Assembly (NCBI GenBank): GCA_001661245.1
Contig: KV454013.1
Coordinates: 962,502-1,026,501, forward strand
Direction of reading: 5' to 3'
Origin: Pachysolen tannophilus NRRL Y-2460
Taxonomy: Eukaryota
Length of the DNA stretch: 64,000 bases
Positions within the stretch are counted from its first letter, which is position 1, and each line of letters starts with the position of its first letter. The notes under the pieces are model-generated. The model did not search any database. It was not told the DNA's origin and worked only from the letters and a program-made list of their open reading frames with translations. Shown piece after piece: positions 59,149-64,000 of the stretch. The position numbers were made by a program, and so were the translations under genes.

Positions 59149-61032
59149 ATGCCTGGATCGAATAGTAATGGTATGTTTCTTTCCCATATTATAATTTGTT
59201 TCTTGAATGAATTACTTTTACTAACGTGTATTTTTAAAAAATTTTGAATTTTTTATTTTATTTCATTTATGATAGGTAATCGAGATCTTTTTGATAAGTT
59301 TTTGGATGATTATTTTCAAGTATTGAAATTATTGGATAAAGATGATATTTTAACTGCTAATGTATTACCAATAGATTTCCCATTAGAAGAAACTCCACTG
59401 AAGATTTTTAATTCTTTGTTTAAATATATTGAATCAAGGGAAAATAGTTTAGAAAAAATTCAAACTACATCTATTTGGGATTTATTTAAAAATACAAAAA
59501 ATTATAATGAAAATGGTTCAATTTATAAAATATATCATGATTTAAAAATTGTTTCAATAATTTTATTATCAAGGAAAAAAATTGGTTCACCAGATTATAT
59601 TAAAATTGATATTTTTTATAAATTTTCAGTGGAATTATTAATTAGAGAAAGTTATAGATTAAATTTAAATATTAATGAATTTATAAAAAATACTCATCCA
59701 ACAACTTTTCCTTCAGAATTTGAAACTCAACTTTCAAAAGATTTTGCAAAAATAACTTCATGTTATAATTTAGATAATGGAGAACTGTTATTTATTATGG
59801 GTAATAATAATACTCCATTATTTTCTTCTTTATTACAAAAATCAACATTAGATGATAGAGAATTAAATATACTGCTGCCATTTCTGAAATCAAAAATTAT
59901 TCCACATTTACCTCATCCAACAACTCCTGCAAGTACTTTAGGTTATGTTTCTCCTCATTTTCAAAAACAATCTCAACAAAATCAAATTCTTCCAAATGAA
60001 ATTATGCAACAATTATTTCATCCAAATTGGTTTGCATTGGCAGCAACAACTTGGATTAAAAATTCTAAAAAAATGGGCGGTTTTGCATTTGCTCCTCAAG
60101 TCGATAGTAGTATAAGTATTGTATCTAGTGAATTAAAAGGTTTAACCTGGTTACAACAAGTGGGATTTAGACAATTGAAACAAATAAGAGAAAAATATCG
60201 TGCAGAAGCTCAAGCAGCAGCTGAAGCAAAAGCTAAAGAAGAAGAAGAAGCAGCAAAAGCTAAAGAAGAGGCAGAAGCAGCAGCAAAAGCTAAAGAAGAA
60301 GCTCGAGTAGAAGCAGAGAACGCTAAAGAAGAAGACAAAGCAAAAATTGAAAATGGTAATGACAAGGCAAAGACCAAAAAAGTAGAAGAAGAAGAAGAAG
60401 CAGAAGAAGCAGAAACCACAATAGCACAGGTGCCTTCATCAGCAGCGGCTTCAAATCCAATTGCAGAATCCACACCAGCAGATTCACAATTGCTTGATGT
60501 AACCACTGATGGGCAAGAAGATTTGCAACTGGACATGGATGTGGTCATGGACATAGATCAAAAAGATGAAGCAGAAACATCTTTAGACAATGAACTGAAG
60601 ATAAATTTGAAAAATCTCTTGACTTATAATCCATCCATTTCAGAAGAATCAAACGAAGTACTAACCTCAGTTTTGAAAGATTTGAGTACACCAAATCAAC
60701 TACCTTTACAAAAATTAATAAATAAATATTTAATGAATTTAAATTATTTGTCCAGATTGCCAAAACGTAATATGAAAATTGAAAAATTTTATTATTTCAA
60801 AATTTTAAAATTAATTGATATTTTAATTACAAGACATAACATTTCACCAAATGATTTGAAATTGCCAATAAGTACTAAACTACCAGTTGTGGTGAATAAT
60901 TATACAGGTACATTACCTGGCCCTAGTATCACTTTGAATCACAATGATGGTATTAATGGTGGTAGTGGTCATGGTGGTAGATCCAACAAAACCCATAGAT
61001 TATCGAGTATTAATAGGAAAGGAAGAAGATGA
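59149..61032 (+). CDS. RSC58: RSC complex subunit Rsc58; exons 59149-59170 and 59276-61032
   Basis: YKIYHDLK, FYKFSVELLIRE, HPNW and FAP motifs; intron 59171-59275 with GTATGT, TACTAAC (59219-59225) and TAG keeps frame (G|GT). Confidence 0.82.
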
Positions 61033-61175
61033 AAAAAAAAAATTTTAAAAAATAAAAAATTTACTGTATAACACAATAGAAATGTTATTTCTTCCTTTTG
61101 ATTTCTCTTTTATTTGTATAATAATAATTAAAAATATTTTCTTTATTAATAAATTATCTATTTGCTTGCCTTTTT

Positions 61176-62744
61176 CTAGAAATTGATATCCTCGCCTCTA
61201 GCAAGTTGTATTATCAAATAAATATTTAACAAGCTTATTAACCCCCACGTCAATATACTTGCACAAGTCATAAAAGTTCCGTTCGTAAAATCAACATATG
61301 TCTTCTCTTCGCCATTTCTTGTTTCGTTATCGTTATACCTATTTCCATTAATGTTGTTTCCACCAGTAAGTAAATTACTTCTTTCACTTATAACTTCATC
61401 GTGTTTGGTGACTTCAACTTTCATATATTGTTTGGAACAAGTAAAATAAATCAACGGCGCACTAACAAATGGTAATAACAAGCTTAAAACTACTTGACTA
61501 GCGTTTAAAGATTGACCTATTCCTTTTCTTCCAGTGGTGAACACCATGATAAGACATGGTATTATTGCAAGTAATCTAGTCAATATTCTACGGATCCAAG
61601 GTTTTAACGACCAGTTAATGAATCCCTCAGAAACAATTTGGCCAGCCATAGTACAAATAATACCCGCAGCCTGTCCACTAAACAACATTGCACAAGAAAA
61701 CACTAATCCGGCCACAGGTGATATATACAGAGCAAGCATATCGTAAATTGAAAATAAATCGGCATCATCGGCATCAGGCTTACCATATAATGTTGCACCA
61801 GCGACAATCAATATAGCTGAATTTACAAATATTGCAATAAGGAAAAGAGAAACAATCAATTCTGTGTATGAATACAGTAAGCAATAGTTTATTGCTTTCA
61901 AAGATGGTTTGTATTTCTTGGTTAAATCTCTATGAGTATTCTCTGAAGATAACAATTGCTGCTGATTTTGTTGCTGCTGCTGTTGCTGCTGACTGTTAGT
62001 CAATGAAGGAAATAAAGGTTTATAATATCCATTTTTAACATCATAATCTTTGAGTCTAGGTTGTACCAAAGCACTTCCCAAGAATAAGCTATGTGGCATC
62101 ACTGTAGCTCCTAATATTCCCAAACTCAAATACACAGCCTTTTGCTCCAACACCACTTTTGAACTTGGTAAAAATCCTAAAAATAATGCCTTCTTATCAT
62201 CAATATGAATCTTAAACAACAAACTAATAAAACAGAAACATGTAAGTGCCACTAAGGAACTAACAAACAGTTCAAAAATTCTAACTTGTTTCATAGTACC
62301 TTCATCTCTATAAGCAAATAGCACAATTACAACATCCAAAGCTGTTACTAAAATCCCAATTTTCAATGGAATATTAAACAAAAGCTCAAGAGAAATCGCA
62401 GTACCAACAACTTCAGCTAAATCTGTTGCAACAATGGCAATTTCTGTCAATATATATATCAACAAACTAAGACGCTTATCCATATGTAGCCTGCACATTT
62501 CAGCAAGGTTCAAACCTGTTACAGAACCCAATTTAATACATAAAGACTGAAGCAACACCGCAAAAAGATTCGAAATACATATAGTAAATAGTAAATGATA
62601 TTGATAGTTCCCTCCTGCACTCACTGAAGTCGAATAATTTCCTGGGTCCAAATATGCAACACTAACTAATATTCCAGGACCAATAAACTTTACATATTTA
62701 AATATTATTGCCTTAAAAGAAACCCATCTGTCTACTTGATTCAT
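61176..62744 (-). CDS. SMF3: NRAMP metal transporter, Smf3-type
   Basis: AYLDPGN, GATVMPHSL and AGQIVSEGFINW; convergent with RSC58 as in S. cerevisiae. Confidence 0.85.
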   Translation of the reverse strand: MNQVDRWVSFKAIIFKYVKFIGPGILVSVAYLDPGNYSTSVSAGGNYQYHLLFTICISNLFAVLLQSLCIKLGSVTGLNLAEMCRLHMDKRLSLLIYILTEIAIVATDLAEVVGTAISLELLFNIPLKIGILVTALDVVIVLFAYRDEGTMKQVRIFELFVSSLVALTCFCFISLLFKIHIDDKKALFLGFLPSSKVVLEQKAVYLSLGILGATVMPHSLFLGSALVQPRLKDYDVKNGYYKPLFPSLTNSQQQQQQQQNQQQLLSSENTHRDLTKKYKPSLKAINYCLLYSYTELIVSLFLIAIFVNSAILIVAGATLYGKPDADDADLFSIYDMLALYISPVAGLVFSCAMLFSGQAAGIICTMAGQIVSEGFINWSLKPWIRRILTRLLAIIPCLIMVFTTGRKGIGQSLNASQVVLSLLLPFVSAPLIYFTCSKQYMKVEVTKHDEVISERSNLLTGGNNINGNRYNDNETRNGEEKTYVDFTNGTFMTCASILTWGLISLLNIYLIIQLARGEDINF

Positions 62745-63316
62745 GACAACTTTCTTTAACGTTCTAATTTCTCTTTATCTAGTCTACTCTAGTCTAGTCT
62801 AGTCCAGTCCAATACCCAATCTACTACTCCTTAAAACTTAAACCCTTCACTGTTCTTTACAGCTTTTAATCAATATATAAAGTAATAGAAAGAAATGTTT
62901 TTGTCTCTTCACCAACTTAACGTGTATTATACTTTAGGCATCCAGTGCGGCTCATTTCTAAAGAAAGTTCACATTCTTTTTGAGCGGTCTTCACCAGGTG
63001 ATGGAGGTCAATAGAACTAGACATAGGATTAGGAAAAGGTAGATATAAAAGTGTGTTTTTCGATCAGATGTTTGATAGATTGTCTATAGAGAGATATTTT
63101 AGTAGAATTTGGAAGAACTTTAGCAGAAACTTAACAGCTCTGGTCATTTTTTTAACCACAAAGCCATATACATTATTACATTTGAAGAAAAAAAAAGAAA
63201 GCAAAAAGCAAAATCATTAAAAGAACAAGAAACTCCAAAGCAAATGACGACAGACCACCCAGGCGGAATAAGAAAAAAAAAACAGTGATTTCAACCAGTT
63301 AGCATGATTGTTTTAA

Positions 63317-64000
63317 TTAGATACCGTCTCTAGCGACTTGGACTATGGCATATATGTTCAACATACTGATGAATATCCATACCAGGGTTGCAATGACAGT
63401 AGTTACCCAATTGTTTGCTACGATTTTATATTTCTTATCTGTTACCTCGTTTTCATTTTCGGAGTATCTTCTGTGAGTGTAATTATTTGTGATGGTAGTT
63501 TCTGGATGTTGCGTATCAACATTGCTATTATTAGTTTCATTTTCTAAATCATTTAATTCAATTTCATGGAAAATGTTATCAGAATTTTTATTTTTATTGT
63601 CGTTATCGTTATCATTATTTGGTCTATGGAAATCATTATTTGAAATATCAACTCTCATAATTTTTTTACTGCTTGTAAAATATATTAAAGGTGCAATCAA
63701 AAATGGTAATAATATGGATAATACAACCTGACTTGCATTTAAAGCATTACTCAATCCACTTTTACCAATACATAGAGTAATAATTAAACAAGGTACAATT
63801 GCTATTGATCGAGTTGCTAATCTTCTTTGCCAAGGTTTTAAATTCCAATTAATGTGACCTTCAGAGACAATTTGACCTGCAATTGTACAAACAATACCGG
63901 CCGATTGTCCCGAACAAAGTAATGCTAACATGAAAACAGTTGATACTGCTGGAGATATAGTTTGTGCTAATAACGTATGAATAGTATACAAGTCTGCATC
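63317..64000 (-). CDS. SMF1: NRAMP transporter, Smf1-type; 3' portion only, runs off the window
   Basis: SGQSAGIVCT, GQIVSEGHINW, PWQRRLATR and ALNASQVVLS. Confidence 0.78.
   Translation of the reverse strand, partial: DADLYTIHTLLAQTISPAVSTVFMLALLCSGQSAGIVCTIAGQIVSEGHINWNLKPWQRRLATRSIAIVPCLIITLCIGKSGLSNALNASQVVLSILLPFLIAPLIYFTSSKKIMRVDISNNDFHRPNNDNDNDNKNKNSDNIFHEIELNDLENETNNSNVDTQHPETTITNNYTHRRYSENENEVTDKKYKIVANNWVTTVIATLVWIFISMLNIYAIVQVARDGI

Noticed and set aside
1..64000. CRISPR arrays, tRNA/rRNA, transposons and the remaining short track ORFs
   Set aside because: No repeat-spacer structure, cloverleaf, LTR or transposase motifs seen; the short ORFs overlap real genes or translate low-complexity DNA.

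Overview
AT-rich budding-yeast (Saccharomycotina) chromosomal DNA with about 27 protein-coding loci, two spliceosomal introns and one assembly gap (57745-58208). I recognised no tRNA, rRNA, transposon or CRISPR array. Gene calls come from recalled family motifs, not database searches. Recognisable genes: MIOX, SCW11, ERF4, a HOR7/DDR2-like microprotein, D-amino-acid oxidase, two Zn2Cys6 factors, two SDRs, a SUN-family protein, EXO84, ANR2, a HAD hydrolase, DFG5, RNA14-SAM37-SEN15, DLT1, PSG1, RAD5, CLB3/4, SAS2, RSC58, SMF3 and a partial SMF1. Main observations: (1) a clean 740-bp inversion (47783-48522) splits PSG1 across both strands, and undoing it restores the QPF|CTP reading frame and an (ATGTTTTC)x3 repeat; (2) in-frame CTG codons fall at small or polar, non-Leu positions, implying a reassigned CUG, most likely Ala as in Pachysolen-type yeasts, so the ORF track mistranslates them; (3) an intron-containing 61-aa HOR7/DDR2-like gene is absent from the ORF track; (4) two genes are broken by 1-nt homopolymer frameshifts. 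I found no clearly new biological system; the inversion may be real or an assembly artefact.
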